Below, one piece after another: positions 19,323-28,986 of a stretch of 64,000 bases of DNA. Source of the DNA: a virus (lineage: Duplodnaviria > Caudoviricetes); IMG/VR virus record IMGVR_UViG_3300032038_000001, positions 96,001-160,000 of that record; one strand, 5' to 3'. Both the position numbers and the translations under genes were made by a program. Under the pieces are notes generated by a model, which saw only the letters and a program-made list of their open reading frames with translations, was not told the DNA's origin and made no database searches. Position 1 is the stretch's first letter. Each line of letters begins with the position of its first letter.

Positions 19323-19772
19323 TTAAAACCACTTATATTTTTTATATTCTTCATTAAAGAGTATGTACCTGAGCCAATCATCTACTAAAATTGCTATTAA
19401 AGAAATAAACACCCAAAGTATTGAAAAATACAAACATATCTGACCGTTTATATTAAATGGTAAATTAGAATAATCCCAAACATTTAAACCGAGTTTGATA
19501 TTTACAATATACCCAGTTGTATATTCAAAGCATGTTATTATGAAACCACTTATAAGCATTTGTTTTATTACTGGCATATCCCAAGTATACCAATTATTTA
19601 ATCCACCAATAACTATTCCACATACTCCAGCTAAAATAAACATAGATATATGTGAATAACCTCTAAAAAGAATTTCTAGATTAACATAGATAGAACCATT
19701 TGTAATAAACAAAACTAAGTATTTAAAAATACATTTAAGTATAAATTGAATTTTCTGTTTCATAAATATCAC
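19323..19772 (-). CDS. membrane protein, putative ABC-transporter type IV (CmpB-like) family
   Basis: LEILFRGYSHISMF, EYTTGYIVN..LGLNVWDYSNLPFNINGQICL. Confidence 0.8.
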   Translation of the reverse strand: MIFMKQKIQFILKCIFKYLVLFITNGSIYVNLEILFRGYSHISMFILAGVCGIVIGGLNNWYTWDMPVIKQMLISGFIITCFEYTTGYIVNIKLGLNVWDYSNLPFNINGQICLYFSILWVFISLIAILVDDWLRYILFNEEYKKYKWF

Positions 19773-19958
19773 CTCCGAAAATTTTTTGAGACGGCATGAT
19801 TAACTTAATCATGCCGTCTCAAAATAAGGGCGATTACACAAAAAAAATGTGTAATATGTCAGTACTTTAGGTTTAAAGTACTTTAAAAAATATGATAAAA
19901 TAAATATTAAATTGTCGGTGTTAAAACCAAATGCATGATTTTATCATAATGTTAATTA

Positions 19959-20660
19959 TTATTCAGGAGTATTGACATTAACAGGTTCATATTTTGAAAA
20001 ATCAATGTCTACCTGAAGAATTTCATCAACAGATTCAGCATTTTTAATGAGAATTTCATTATGCTGCTGATACGTAACAATTGGTTTCACATACTCAAGC
20101 ATCTTAAGATACAGTGTAACAAGTTCTTCAAATGTATACGGTACACACTCCTTACCAGTTTCATTCCATGTTAATGGAATTTCTATACCGATACTCTGTG
20201 CATATGTATATGCTTGAAGAACACCTGTAAGCTGATTCTGCTTATCAGATGTAACTGTATAGAGTTTATGGTTATATACCATAGGATTATTATATAAATA
20301 TTTCTCGAGATTATTTTTATTTTTCTTGATTATATACTCCTTAACTTCATCAAGAGATAAATCATTGATATTTACTTCATATCTAAGTTCTGCAACGTTC
20401 TTAGAAAGATTATTGATTATCTCATCATAAGATAATGGAGGATAGACCTGAACACCATGCTCATCAGTAAAGATATTGGTATTCGGGTCATAGTAATGTT
20501 TATAGGCTTGAACATCATTATTTACTACTACTGCATAATCAAAGATTAAGTTTCTCTTAAAATCATCGAGTGCAGTTTTAGAGCTTATATCAATTATCAT
20601 TTGAACTTGAAATTTTTCAATATCATCTTCAATAATGCGTTTTATAAGTGCGCCTTTCAT
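19959..20660 (-). CDS. tail-fibre-associated protein (DUF4376-like C-terminus)
   Basis: LTWNETGKECVPYTFEEL...IKNAESVDEI. Confidence 0.5.
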   Translation of the reverse strand: MKGALIKRIIEDDIEKFQVQMIIDISSKTALDDFKRNLIFDYAVVVNNDVQAYKHYYDPNTNIFTDEHGVQVYPPLSYDEIINNLSKNVAELRYEVNINDLSLDEVKEYIIKKNKNNLEKYLYNNPMVYNHKLYTVTSDKQNQLTGVLQAYTYAQSIGIEIPLTWNETGKECVPYTFEELVTLYLKMLEYVKPIVTYQQHNEILIKNAESVDEILQVDIDFSKYEPVNVNTPE

Positions 20661-20759
20661 TATATAAAACCTTCTTTCTTCTGAGGAAAACTATTAACTT
20701 ATTGTTTTATAAATAAAATTAACAAGGTAGTGATAAAATGACACCACCTTGTTAATTTA

Positions 20760-21635
20760 TTATATTTTAAATGAATTAAAGAAATCATCAACTTTATGAA
20801 CAGTTTCAGGATTAATATTAGAATATATAATATTATCTTTATCTTTAATTATTGCATGCCTGTGTGAGTTATCTATACCAACTAATGATTCCATAGGGAG
20901 ATCAAATGATTCCATAATCATTTGTGTATTCACATCAGTTCTTCCTACAGCTTCTAAAATTTCTTTAAGAGGAATCATTACATCATTTACTTTTTCCTTT
21001 AAATCATTTACTGATTCAGTAACCGTGTGAATAACTTTATTAATCGGTTTTACTCCACTTATTGCGTGAGCTTCTTTATGAGATGGATACCAGACTGCAT
21101 CATATGTTATGAGTCTTCTTACGATAACTGTTGGCTTATTATTAATAAGCTTTAATGATGCTATAGCTCTGCAGCTAAATGATGGTTTCCATCCAGCCAA
21201 TATTTCTTTACCAAATCCGATACCAATATCATTTTGAGCTGATTGAATCTTTCCTTGTAATAAGTTACCATGCATTTTAGGTTCCATAATTTTGAATGCT
21301 CGTTTTGCAGGAGGAACATTTTGTATTCTCTCAGGACTAAGTTTCTCATCAGCTTTTTCAGGTGTTGGATGGTCAAACTCACCAAACCAGCATCCATCAC
21401 GCAGTAAACATTGAATTTTTTCTTGTTGAATACACTCCCATATATTATCAGCTTTATACATTCTCTGATTACGATTAATCACATCAAATGACTGAAGGTT
21501 AGTATCAAAAGTTACATAAAATAAGTTATTATTATTACATACATCAATATTATTGATGAATTTTTCACCACTAACATGTTCAGATATATACATTAATCCC
21601 ATATCGTCAGTTAATGTATTTTTCACTTTTATCAC
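20760..21635 (-). CDS. prohead core protease (T4 gp21 / phiKZ gp175-like)
   Basis: NRNQRMY, GEFDHP, PSFSCRA, ITYDAVWYPSH. Confidence 0.85.
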   Translation of the reverse strand: MIKVKNTLTDDMGLMYISEHVSGEKFINNIDVCNNNNLFYVTFDTNLQSFDVINRNQRMYKADNIWECIQQEKIQCLLRDGCWFGEFDHPTPEKADEKLSPERIQNVPPAKRAFKIMEPKMHGNLLQGKIQSAQNDIGIGFGKEILAGWKPSFSCRAIASLKLINNKPTVIVRRLITYDAVWYPSHKEAHAISGVKPINKVIHTVTESVNDLKEKVNDVMIPLKEILEAVGRTDVNTQMIMESFDLPMESLVGIDNSHRHAIIKDKDNIIYSNINPETVHKVDDFFNSFKI

Positions 21636-21681
21636 ATCCTTTTATTAGTTTTTTTTATTATAATACTGTATTAAAGTTATT

Positions 21682-22470
21682 TTATTCAATAATCTCTATT
21701 GCTATTTTACCATTAAAATAAAATTTACGTTCACCATTATATAAATATCCATCATTATACCAGTCAAGTTTAGCTGTTGATATCGGTATATAATAAGCAT
21801 TTGGAATATAATCATCATCACCCACAACATCTATAGGGTGTGCTACAGTCATATGTCCCGTTGATTGTTGGTATGTCATATTATCATAATAGAATTCATT
21901 AGTAGTAGTATCAATAGTGGTTGTACATAAATAATTAGTACCAGATGAAGCAGCACCTGTAGGTACGGGAGACATATTTCTAAATACAGTTGATGGACGT
22001 ATAACTCCAATATTATTTTTCTTTGTTTTTGCAAATATAATGGTACCTTGTGAGATATTTGCATAAGACGCTACATCAGTAATATTGCATATACTAAATC
22101 CAACACTATTATTATTTATTTTAAATATATATCCTATAAAATTATAGAAATGATTATCATAGTCATTAGTACCACCGCTAGCATCTGAATCATAGTATCC
22201 AGTAGATGATGAAGTGTATGAACGCAAAACTAATAAAGTACGATTATAAGGATTATTAATGATAGCCTTAAATGTATATAATATTTTATCGTTTTTAATG
22301 AAGCTGATTTCAGGTACAGGAAGTTCATCAGTAGTGCCTTCGCTGTATACATTACAAGTGATTGAATCAAAAAAATCAGGCATATTATTTTCAAACCAAG
22401 ATTTTATATTTAAAAACAATGATGCATAATTAGAACATTTTCCAATAAAACATGTTTTTTGTACACCCAT
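21682..22470 (-). CDS. tandem paralog family member 4 (putative tail/receptor-binding protein)
   Basis: shares W-F-E-x-N-M-P, G-x-II-F-x-K/I-T, P-S and C-terminal (F/Y)-Y-x-N-G-x-I-A with its neighbours. Confidence 0.7.
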   Translation of the reverse strand: MGVQKTCFIGKCSNYASLFLNIKSWFENNMPDFFDSITCNVYSEGTTDELPVPEISFIKNDKILYTFKAIINNPYNRTLLVLRSYTSSSTGYYDSDASGGTNDYDNHFYNFIGYIFKINNNSVGFSICNITDVASYANISQGTIIFAKTKKNNIGVIRPSTVFRNMSPVPTGAASSGTNYLCTTTIDTTTNEFYYDNMTYQQSTGHMTVAHPIDVVGDDDYIPNAYYIPISTAKLDWYNDGYLYNGERKFYFNGKIAIEIIE

Positions 22471-22488
22471 AGATATTCACCTCTATTT

Positions 22489-23346
22489 TTAATGATCTAA
22501 TTGTACCGCTATAAAACCATTATAATAAAAAGGTAATCCTTCAATGTCAATAATAGCATCACTATAATAGTTCATTGTAAATTGTGCCATAGATACAGTA
22601 TAACATGTTGGACAGTAATCATCATCACCTATTACCATAATTGGAGACAGTACAGTTTTTTCTGAAAGTGTGGGCTCAAAATAAATATTTGGATAACTCA
22701 TTGTGTCATCAACGCTTTCTATCGTAGCACAATATAAATGATTATATTGTTCAACTGGTATTGTTGCTGAACTAATCGGTATTTTTACAGCCGTTCGAAT
22801 ATTAGAAGGTTGTATCATTGCGATATTACCATTATTAGTAATTGTAAAAATTATGATTCCTGGACTTCTCCATTTTTCATTTCCATCATTAATATTCTCA
22901 AAAGTAAATGCAATTGTTGTATCATTTATTAACAAAATTTCTGATATAAAATTTGAATACTTAAAAGTACCAATTTGTCCGCTGTTACTTACACCACGAT
23001 TGCTTGCAGGTTCCCATAATGAACCTTTTGAATATATATATTGGAAAATATCGTATGTAAGGTAATCAGATCCAAGATTACCTAGATTTTTATATCTAAA
23101 TAGTACAATATCATCTTTTTTAAAATCAATATAGTTATCTGCCGAATTAAATGATTCATTTTCAATATTCATATTATCACTATTTCCAGCATACCAATTA
23201 ATGTATACCGAGTCAAAAAATTTTGAGAAAAATGATGAATAGTCTTCTTCTATTATTTTTTTTATTTTTAAACATGGCTTAGCGAATGAATATCCATTAT
23301 CTCTATAATTCTTTTCCCTATTTATTTTTATTCTCTGAAAATTCAT
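22489..23346 (-). CDS. tandem paralog family member 3
   Basis: RSPGIIIFTIT...KTVLSPI...DDDYCP...FYYNGFIAV. Confidence 0.7.
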   Translation of the reverse strand: MNFQRIKINREKNYRDNGYSFAKPCLKIKKIIEEDYSSFFSKFFDSVYINWYAGNSDNMNIENESFNSADNYIDFKKDDIVLFRYKNLGNLGSDYLTYDIFQYIYSKGSLWEPASNRGVSNSGQIGTFKYSNFISEILLINDTTIAFTFENINDGNEKWRSPGIIIFTITNNGNIAMIQPSNIRTAVKIPISSATIPVEQYNHLYCATIESVDDTMSYPNIYFEPTLSEKTVLSPIMVIGDDDYCPTCYTVSMAQFTMNYYSDAIIDIEGLPFYYNGFIAVQLDH

Positions 23347-23360
23347 TATATAAATTCACC

Positions 23361-24182
23361 TCACTGTAATTCAATAGCAATAACGCCATTGTAATAAAAT
23401 TCTCTCATCCCTATTTTTATTACACAATCTGAATTAGACCGTAGTTTAGCACTACTTGTTTGAAGTATGGATGTGTGTGGTAAATAATCATTATTTGGTA
23501 ATGCTATTGGAGTGAAGCAGGTCTTTGTTCTTGTTTTACTCTCATAGCCATATGGTAAGTTAATGGCACTACTCGTCACATTTTTTGTAATTACCTGCAA
23601 ATAATTATATTCTGTTTGTCTAGTACCATTTAAATACGTATCATTTACATGTATGCCGGCATAATGCAAAGATGGATTAACCGTTGCTATTTCAGCATCA
23701 TGTGTTTTCATAAAAATTACTACTCCAGGTCTTCTGTATTGAAAATCAAGCTCGACATTGTTGCATAAAGAAAATGCAACAATATTTTCACTAATTTTAA
23801 TTATTTCATAAATACAATTACAATACTCTGGAGAGGAACTATTTTTCATTAATGCCCAGTTACCCGAAACATCACTACCATCAGCACCATATGGTTTAGT
23901 ATAATATCCATCTAATGTTTTTGATTTGAAAAGTAGTCTACTATATCTCACATCAAGACTACTATTACCCGGGTATGTTGAAATAATACTTTTAATTATT
24001 TCTTCATTTTCATAGAAGTTTATAACAGCTCCTCTGTTGTTATAAGATTTTACTGCCAAAGAATCATCAACCGCAATATTATCGAAAAAATTTGGCATAT
24101 TTTCTTCAAACCAAGATTTTATATTATTAAACATTGCAGTATAATCATTAGGATTTTCTATTAGAAAGCGTTCTATACCCAT
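23361..24182 (-). CDS. tandem paralog family member 2
   Basis: NIKSWFEENMPNFFD...RRPGVVIFMKT...FYYNGVIAI. Confidence 0.7.
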   Translation of the reverse strand: MGIERFLIENPNDYTAMFNNIKSWFEENMPNFFDNIAVDDSLAVKSYNNRGAVINFYENEEIIKSIISTYPGNSSLDVRYSRLLFKSKTLDGYYTKPYGADGSDVSGNWALMKNSSSPEYCNCIYEIIKISENIVAFSLCNNVELDFQYRRPGVVIFMKTHDAEIATVNPSLHYAGIHVNDTYLNGTRQTEYNYLQVITKNVTSSAINLPYGYESKTRTKTCFTPIALPNNDYLPHTSILQTSSAKLRSNSDCVIKIGMREFYYNGVIAIELQ

Positions 24183-24257
24183 ATAGATATTTCACATCCT
24201 CTCATATTTATATAAAATGATATACGTATATTATATTTATACGTATATCATATATTT

Positions 24258-25094
24258 TTATTCTGTATTAATTTTTACTGCTATAAATCCATTATAATAA
24301 TATAAATCACCATTAATATCAAGAATAGCATCATCATGTGGATCTACAATATATTGTGTAACTGGTGTATAATATACATCTGGAACATATTCATTACTAT
24401 TATTAACTAATATAGGATTTAAAATAGTTTTACTACCATATACTGGTTTCCATGGTATATTATTATAAAATGATGTACCAGACATGGAATATGGAGACAA
24501 AACCTCAAGGTGATTATATGTATCAGGTGTTGACCATTCTACATACCAATGAAAAACATTACCGATTATTTTACTTGGTTTTATAGTACATATATTACCT
24601 TTATTAGTTTTTGTTATTATAATTATACCAGGTGATTTTCTACTATCTAAATTTTCTGGTACATATGATGTAAATGAAAGTGCGACAGTATTTTTATTGA
24701 TTACAATAACTTCATACAAAAATGTTATATTTGTACAAAAATGCATATCGTTTTTTCTAGCGGTATTAGCGCCTGATGAAACATTACCACCTATTGAATT
24801 ATCATATACTGAAACAAAAGAATTATAAAAAGTATTAGTTTTTACACGTGAACGTAAATTTAGACCATCTGCTTTTTCAATAGAATCATTCACATTAAAT
24901 GTATAATAGGTTAAAAAGTTAAAATTATCATAGAAAAATTCGAAAATTCGTTCTTTAGTTAGACTTGGGTTTGTTCTTGTTGATGTTGTAAAAAAGAGAC
25001 TACCATTATTATATAATGATAAAAATAGTTCTTGTAATTCATGCTGATTATCATCAATTTGATCGGATTTTGATAATATGTATCTTTGTATCAT
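24258..25094 (-). CDS. tandem paralog family member 1
   Basis: KSPGIIIITKT...KTILNPI...YYYNGFIAV. Confidence 0.7.
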   Translation of the reverse strand: MIQRYILSKSDQIDDNQHELQELFLSLYNNGSLFFTTSTRTNPSLTKERIFEFFYDNFNFLTYYTFNVNDSIEKADGLNLRSRVKTNTFYNSFVSVYDNSIGGNVSSGANTARKNDMHFCTNITFLYEVIVINKNTVALSFTSYVPENLDSRKSPGIIIITKTNKGNICTIKPSKIIGNVFHWYVEWSTPDTYNHLEVLSPYSMSGTSFYNNIPWKPVYGSKTILNPILVNNSNEYVPDVYYTPVTQYIVDPHDDAILDINGDLYYYNGFIAVKINTE

Positions 25095-25124
25095 TTTTTA
25101 TCACCCTCATTTCAACTCACTTTA

Positions 25125-25847
25125 TTATATATAATACAACGGGGTCATATCTAAATGATATGTGTCAGCCCATTTGTTAATAAGTTCTTCTCTAGCAGAT
25201 TCTGCATTAGACCAATCGTCTAATTTAAGATTGATATTTCCTATTGCAGTATTTAATTCTGAGTACATCTTAAGTGTAGGATATAAATTTGATTTTACAT
25301 CTAACATAGCTAATTGTATGAATGAGTCCCTACAAGTTTCTGGTATCGATGCTAATGATTTATCATGTTCAAATCCTAAATCCAGCACTATTGAAGAACT
25401 ACTATATATATTATAAAGATATAATTTTCTAGGGTATTCAAATTTAAATGTCATTTTCGGCATCATTGTACTGATAAGATGTGCACCAGCATTTGCAAGC
25501 ATTGTTTGATTAATTACATTACCTGTCATAAGTGGCATACCACCACCATAATATCCTAAACCAGAAAGGCATGAATCATCATAGGTGACATCAAAAACGT
25601 ATAATAATTTTCGATTTTTAAAATCTGGAAGTAAATATACTTCATACTGGTCTGTTTTTTCTAACCTTTCAAGGTCACTTGTCTTAAGTTGCAGTCTATC
25701 TCTGCATGGACTATATAAAGAGAAATCAGGAATTGTTATATCTTGTAAAATAGTTAATATAGTTTCATCTATATTTTCAAAGGGTGTAGCTATTGCCATT
25801 AATCCTAATGATAACTTGATACGTGTTATTATATTAGACATATTCAT
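25125..25847 (-). CDS. probable virion neck/head-completion-type structural protein
   Basis: size and pattern (N-terminal IKLSLG, C-terminal AESAREEL) reminiscent of myophage neck proteins; late-type promoter. Confidence 0.5.
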   Translation of the reverse strand: MNMSNIITRIKLSLGLMAIATPFENIDETILTILQDITIPDFSLYSPCRDRLQLKTSDLERLEKTDQYEVYLLPDFKNRKLLYVFDVTYDDSCLSGLGYYGGGMPLMTGNVINQTMLANAGAHLISTMMPKMTFKFEYPRKLYLYNIYSSSSIVLDLGFEHDKSLASIPETCRDSFIQLAMLDVKSNLYPTLKMYSELNTAIGNINLKLDDWSNAESAREELINKWADTYHLDMTPLYYI

Positions 25848-25882
25848 ATATCATTTCACCTCTTATATGGATATTTCTTGTC

Positions 25883-25899
25883 TTAAAACATTGTTTTAA
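25883..25899. promoter_or_regulatory. palindromic bidirectional late-type promoter
   Basis: TTAAAACATTGTTTTAA reads AACA-N6-TA on both strands between divergent genes. Confidence 0.55.
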
Positions 25900-25931
25900 T
25901 CATACGTTATTTATGGATGGTGATATAAAAT

Positions 25932-26339
25932 ATGAAAAAGAATATACGTCAGTATTCTGACCAAATAAAATTAATTATTATATCAAATTCTACTTATATA
26001 AAGAAACGATTATCTATATTTCCAAAGTCTTTAATAAGTAAAATCAATAGAATGAAATTAGATGGAGAAATAGAAGTGAGAGGTAAATCATATACACGAA
26101 ATGAACTTATAAAAGAGGTATTGATAAAATATAAATCATTACATAGAGAGTCTCTCGCTTCATCATATAATAATATCAGACATTCATTTATAAGAGAAGC
26201 AAAACAAAACAAAGATAATGTTCAAGATGTATATGAGAAGTATCGTAGTATGTTAACCGAAAGACTTAAAAATGATAAGAGTGATTTGTATTTCTGTTTG
26301 GATGCATTAAAAGTAGTTGAGAAGAGTTTAAAAAAATAA
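25932..26339 (+). CDS. basic hypothetical protein
   Basis: ORF track, RBS ggtga. Confidence 0.65.
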   Translation: MKKNIRQYSDQIKLIIISNSTYIKKRLSIFPKSLISKINRMKLDGEIEVRGKSYTRNELIKEVLIKYKSLHRESLASSYNNIRHSFIREAKQNKDNVQDVYEKYRSMLTERLKNDKSDLYFCLDALKVVEKSLKK

Positions 26340-26394
26340 AGAAAGAAGTGAGAAAATAATTTCTCACTTCTTTCTTTGTTTCGGTTTTTTTTGA

Positions 26395-26715
26395 TTAATC
26401 CACGAGAAGGAATTTATCGGCAGCTTTTTCCATTAATGCAACAGCCTGATCAGCATCGATTTCATCATCGGTGAACTTCTCACAAATTGCATCAACTACT
26501 TCATCAAACTTTGATGTATCTTCATCATAATATGACTCAGTTAAATCATAATCTGTATCAATGTCATCAAAAATAGATAAGGACTCACTCTCATCAAAGC
26601 ATCTATCTTTAGCTTTTTCAATAAGGGTTGCTCCCTGTTCATCATCGATGTCACCGTTATTATACTTCTCACAAATAGTACTTACAATATTCATATAACT
26701 TCTTGTATCATTCAT
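26395..26715 (-). CDS. acidic two-repeat protein, probable internal head/scaffold protein
   Basis: ICEKYNNGDIDDEQGATLIEKA and ICEKFTDDEIDADQAVALMEKA; LTE|S site. Confidence 0.65.
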   Translation of the reverse strand: MNDTRSYMNIVSTICEKYNNGDIDDEQGATLIEKAKDRCFDESESLSIFDDIDTDYDLTESYYDEDTSKFDEVVDAICEKFTDDEIDADQAVALMEKAADKFLLVD

Positions 26716-26749
26716 AATTTTTTAACCTTCTTTCTTTAAAATAAAAATA

Positions 26750-27151
26750 TTATTTTTTTGTTTGACTAGGTTTATTATCATCCTTCTCGATTTGTTGGAT
26801 TTCACCAAGTACCTTATTTATAAGTTCATCAATTTTTTCAATAATTAGTTCTTGATTTATATATTTAGATAATTCTGGGTATTTTTCATATATTTTTGAA
26901 ATAACCTCAGCACGTTTTACTACACCTGCATGAATTATATGCTTTTTTATATACTTAATTTCAGCTTCATATACATATTCAGCTATAACGCCAGAAATTT
27001 TATGAATCGTATTTTGAATTTTTTTAATATCATTGTATTTAATCAAATTTCTGATAATATCAAATATAAAATAAACTAATATTACTATACCTATACACAA
27101 AATCCAATTATCAGCTATCATTTTAAAGAACTCTTTAACATTTTGAATCAT
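26750..27151 (-). CDS. holin-like protein (LL-H-type pattern)
   Basis: N-terminal TM helix; V.EAE...G..KR..V...Y...P...IDELI. Confidence 0.55.
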   Translation of the reverse strand: MIQNVKEFFKMIADNWILCIGIVILVYFIFDIIRNLIKYNDIKKIQNTIHKISGVIAEYVYEAEIKYIKKHIIHAGVVKRAEVISKIYEKYPELSKYINQELIIEKIDELINKVLGEIQQIEKDDNKPSQTKK

Positions 27152-27672
27152 TATTGTTCCTCCTCAATAATATCTTCACATTCAGTGTAGTTATTATGTA
27201 AGTCAGATTTATCGTTTTGATTATCAATACGATAATATTCTAATTCAGTGTTCTTCTCAGATTTGTTTTCAAAATATGATTTAACGCAATAGAAAAGAAA
27301 TGACATCGTTTCAGCAACCACTGCCGAAATCAGTGAACTTAAGATAGATAAATCTTGAAAATGATACATTACATACATTGAATATATCTCTATAACAGAG
27401 CAATTAATAATTATAAAAATCATCAACTTCTTTGTCATAGTTATAATACCTTTACCATTTTTCTTTTCGGGACCATACTCATTGTATAAATTTACCAATG
27501 TTTCTTTCTCTTTATTTTTAATAGCTTTTAGTATTGTTTTTTTACATTTTTTATTAAATTTATCAAGTCGTTTATTTTCTTTATCAATATCTTCTTTGTC
27601 CCATTTTATCCCTAGATTTTCTGCTTCTTTAAATACTGTTGATACTACATTTTCTTCATCCTTTTTATCCAT
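27151..27672 (-). CDS. two-TM membrane protein, possibly lysis-related
   Basis: TKKLMIFIIINC...LSSLISAVVAE...YCVKSYFEN. Confidence 0.55.
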   Translation of the reverse strand: MDKKDEENVVSTVFKEAENLGIKWDKEDIDKENKRLDKFNKKCKKTILKAIKNKEKETLVNLYNEYGPEKKNGKGIITMTKKLMIFIIINCSVIEIYSMYVMYHFQDLSILSSLISAVVAETMSFLFYCVKSYFENKSEKNTELEYYRIDNQNDKSDLHNNYTECEDIIEEEQ

Positions 27673-27686
27673 CTCTCACACCCTCT

Positions 27687-28175
27687 TTATTTTTTCTTTA
27701 ATTCTCTAATCTCTTTATGAACAGACATTATGTTCTTAAGAAATACAGCTGCGCCAATATCGGTTAAAATATCGAGGACTGATGTACCGCCGGTCATTGC
27801 TGTAACCTTAAGATCAACAGTTGTCATTTGGTCAAACAATATCTTTTCTTCTTTTTTAAAACGTTTATAATCCATCTTATTTTTAGGCATTTCTGTAAAT
27901 AATTGATCTATTGATGAATTGAGTCCTTTTATCTGTGCTTTGAGCTTTTTAGCTTCATTATTACTAGCATCTGATAAAGCACTTTTAGCAACGATTAATG
28001 TTAGTAATCCGATAATATTAATTGATAATTTTTTGTAAAGTTTCTTTTTCTTTTTACTTAATTCAAGGTCTTTTTTCTGCTCATCAGTAAGTTTATCTTT
28101 TTCAGATTTATCTTTATCAGCATTCTCAATTTCTGATTCGAGAACAAGCTCCTCAAATATCATATCAATATCCAT
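27687..28175 (-). CDS. probable internal head protein
   Basis: N-terminal LVLE|S; hydrophobic helices. Confidence 0.55.
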   Translation of the reverse strand: MDIDMIFEELVLESEIENADKDKSEKDKLTDEQKKDLELSKKKKKLYKKLSINIIGLLTLIVAKSALSDASNNEAKKLKAQIKGLNSSIDQLFTEMPKNKMDYKRFKKEEKILFDQMTTVDLKVTAMTGGTSVLDILTDIGAAVFLKNIMSVHKEIRELKKK

Positions 28176-28257
28176 AGTATTTTCACACTCCTTTTAAATT
28201 GTTTTTTATCTTATTGTCAAAAAAAGAGTGAAGTATATCTTCACTCTTTTTTTATAT

Positions 28258-28986
28258 TTATATTTCTTCTTTAAGTTCTTTAGGTAACATAAGACCTTTA
28301 GTTACTAAGTCTGTATTAAGACCCATACCAAGAAAATATACTGATGTAGTATTTAATGTAGTCTTATTAAGTACATCCTCATCCAAATCATTAAGCGATA
28401 CATATCCATTTAAAGATATATCTCTAAGCATCTGTTCTTTCATATAAATATCATCAGCTCTGGGGCCATTAAGTTCTTTTAATGTATTAGTAAGACCAAG
28501 AGAAATAAGCATTATGTTCTCAAGGTCAGACTCTCTACCATTTTTATCACCACCAGTTACCTGACCAGTGATAGCAGAACGTTGATCAATATTAGTTGAA
28601 ATACCATTCTTTTTACTAACAGTTTGTTGCGTTCTTTTTATGTTGATATAACCTACAGGAACTGGTTCTTTTGTACCTATTACCTTACTCTTATCCATTG
28701 TCAAATGAGGCATAAATACATCTTCAAATAATGGAACATTGATAACTTTAGCTGCTCGTTCAATGTCTTCCATATTTATACTATGTTCATAATCAACAAT
28801 ATCAAGAATTAAGTATGCGTTTTCATTAGCAAATAATGCTTTAAAATAATTATCAAATTGAGCATCAGACATTGGTGAGAACAAATCTTTGTATTTTTTT
28901 GTATTAGTCCCTGATTTATCAAATGCATCAAAAAAATCATAAATTAATTTTTCCATTTTCTTTCTTTTATTGCTGGATATTGCCAT
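28258..28986 (-). CDS. RNA polymerase beta subunit, C-terminal fragment
   Basis: PVPVGYINIKRTQQTVSKK...RSAITGQVTGGDKNGRESDLE parallels the beta C-terminal YxxKLxH...TQQPxGG...GQRFGEME region. Confidence 0.75.
   Translation of the reverse strand: MAISSNKRKKMEKLIYDFFDAFDKSGTNTKKYKDLFSPMSDAQFDNYFKALFANENAYLILDIVDYEHSINMEDIERAAKVINVPLFEDVFMPHLTMDKSKVIGTKEPVPVGYINIKRTQQTVSKKNGISTNIDQRSAITGQVTGGDKNGRESDLENIMLISLGLTNTLKELNGPRADDIYMKEQMLRDISLNGYVSLNDLDEDVLNKTTLNTTSVYFLGMGLNTDLVTKGLMLPKELKEEI

Noticed and set aside
21682-25094. Paralogs as diversity-generating retroelement targets
   Set aside because: No reverse transcriptase and no near-identical template/variable repeat pair differing at adenines in this window
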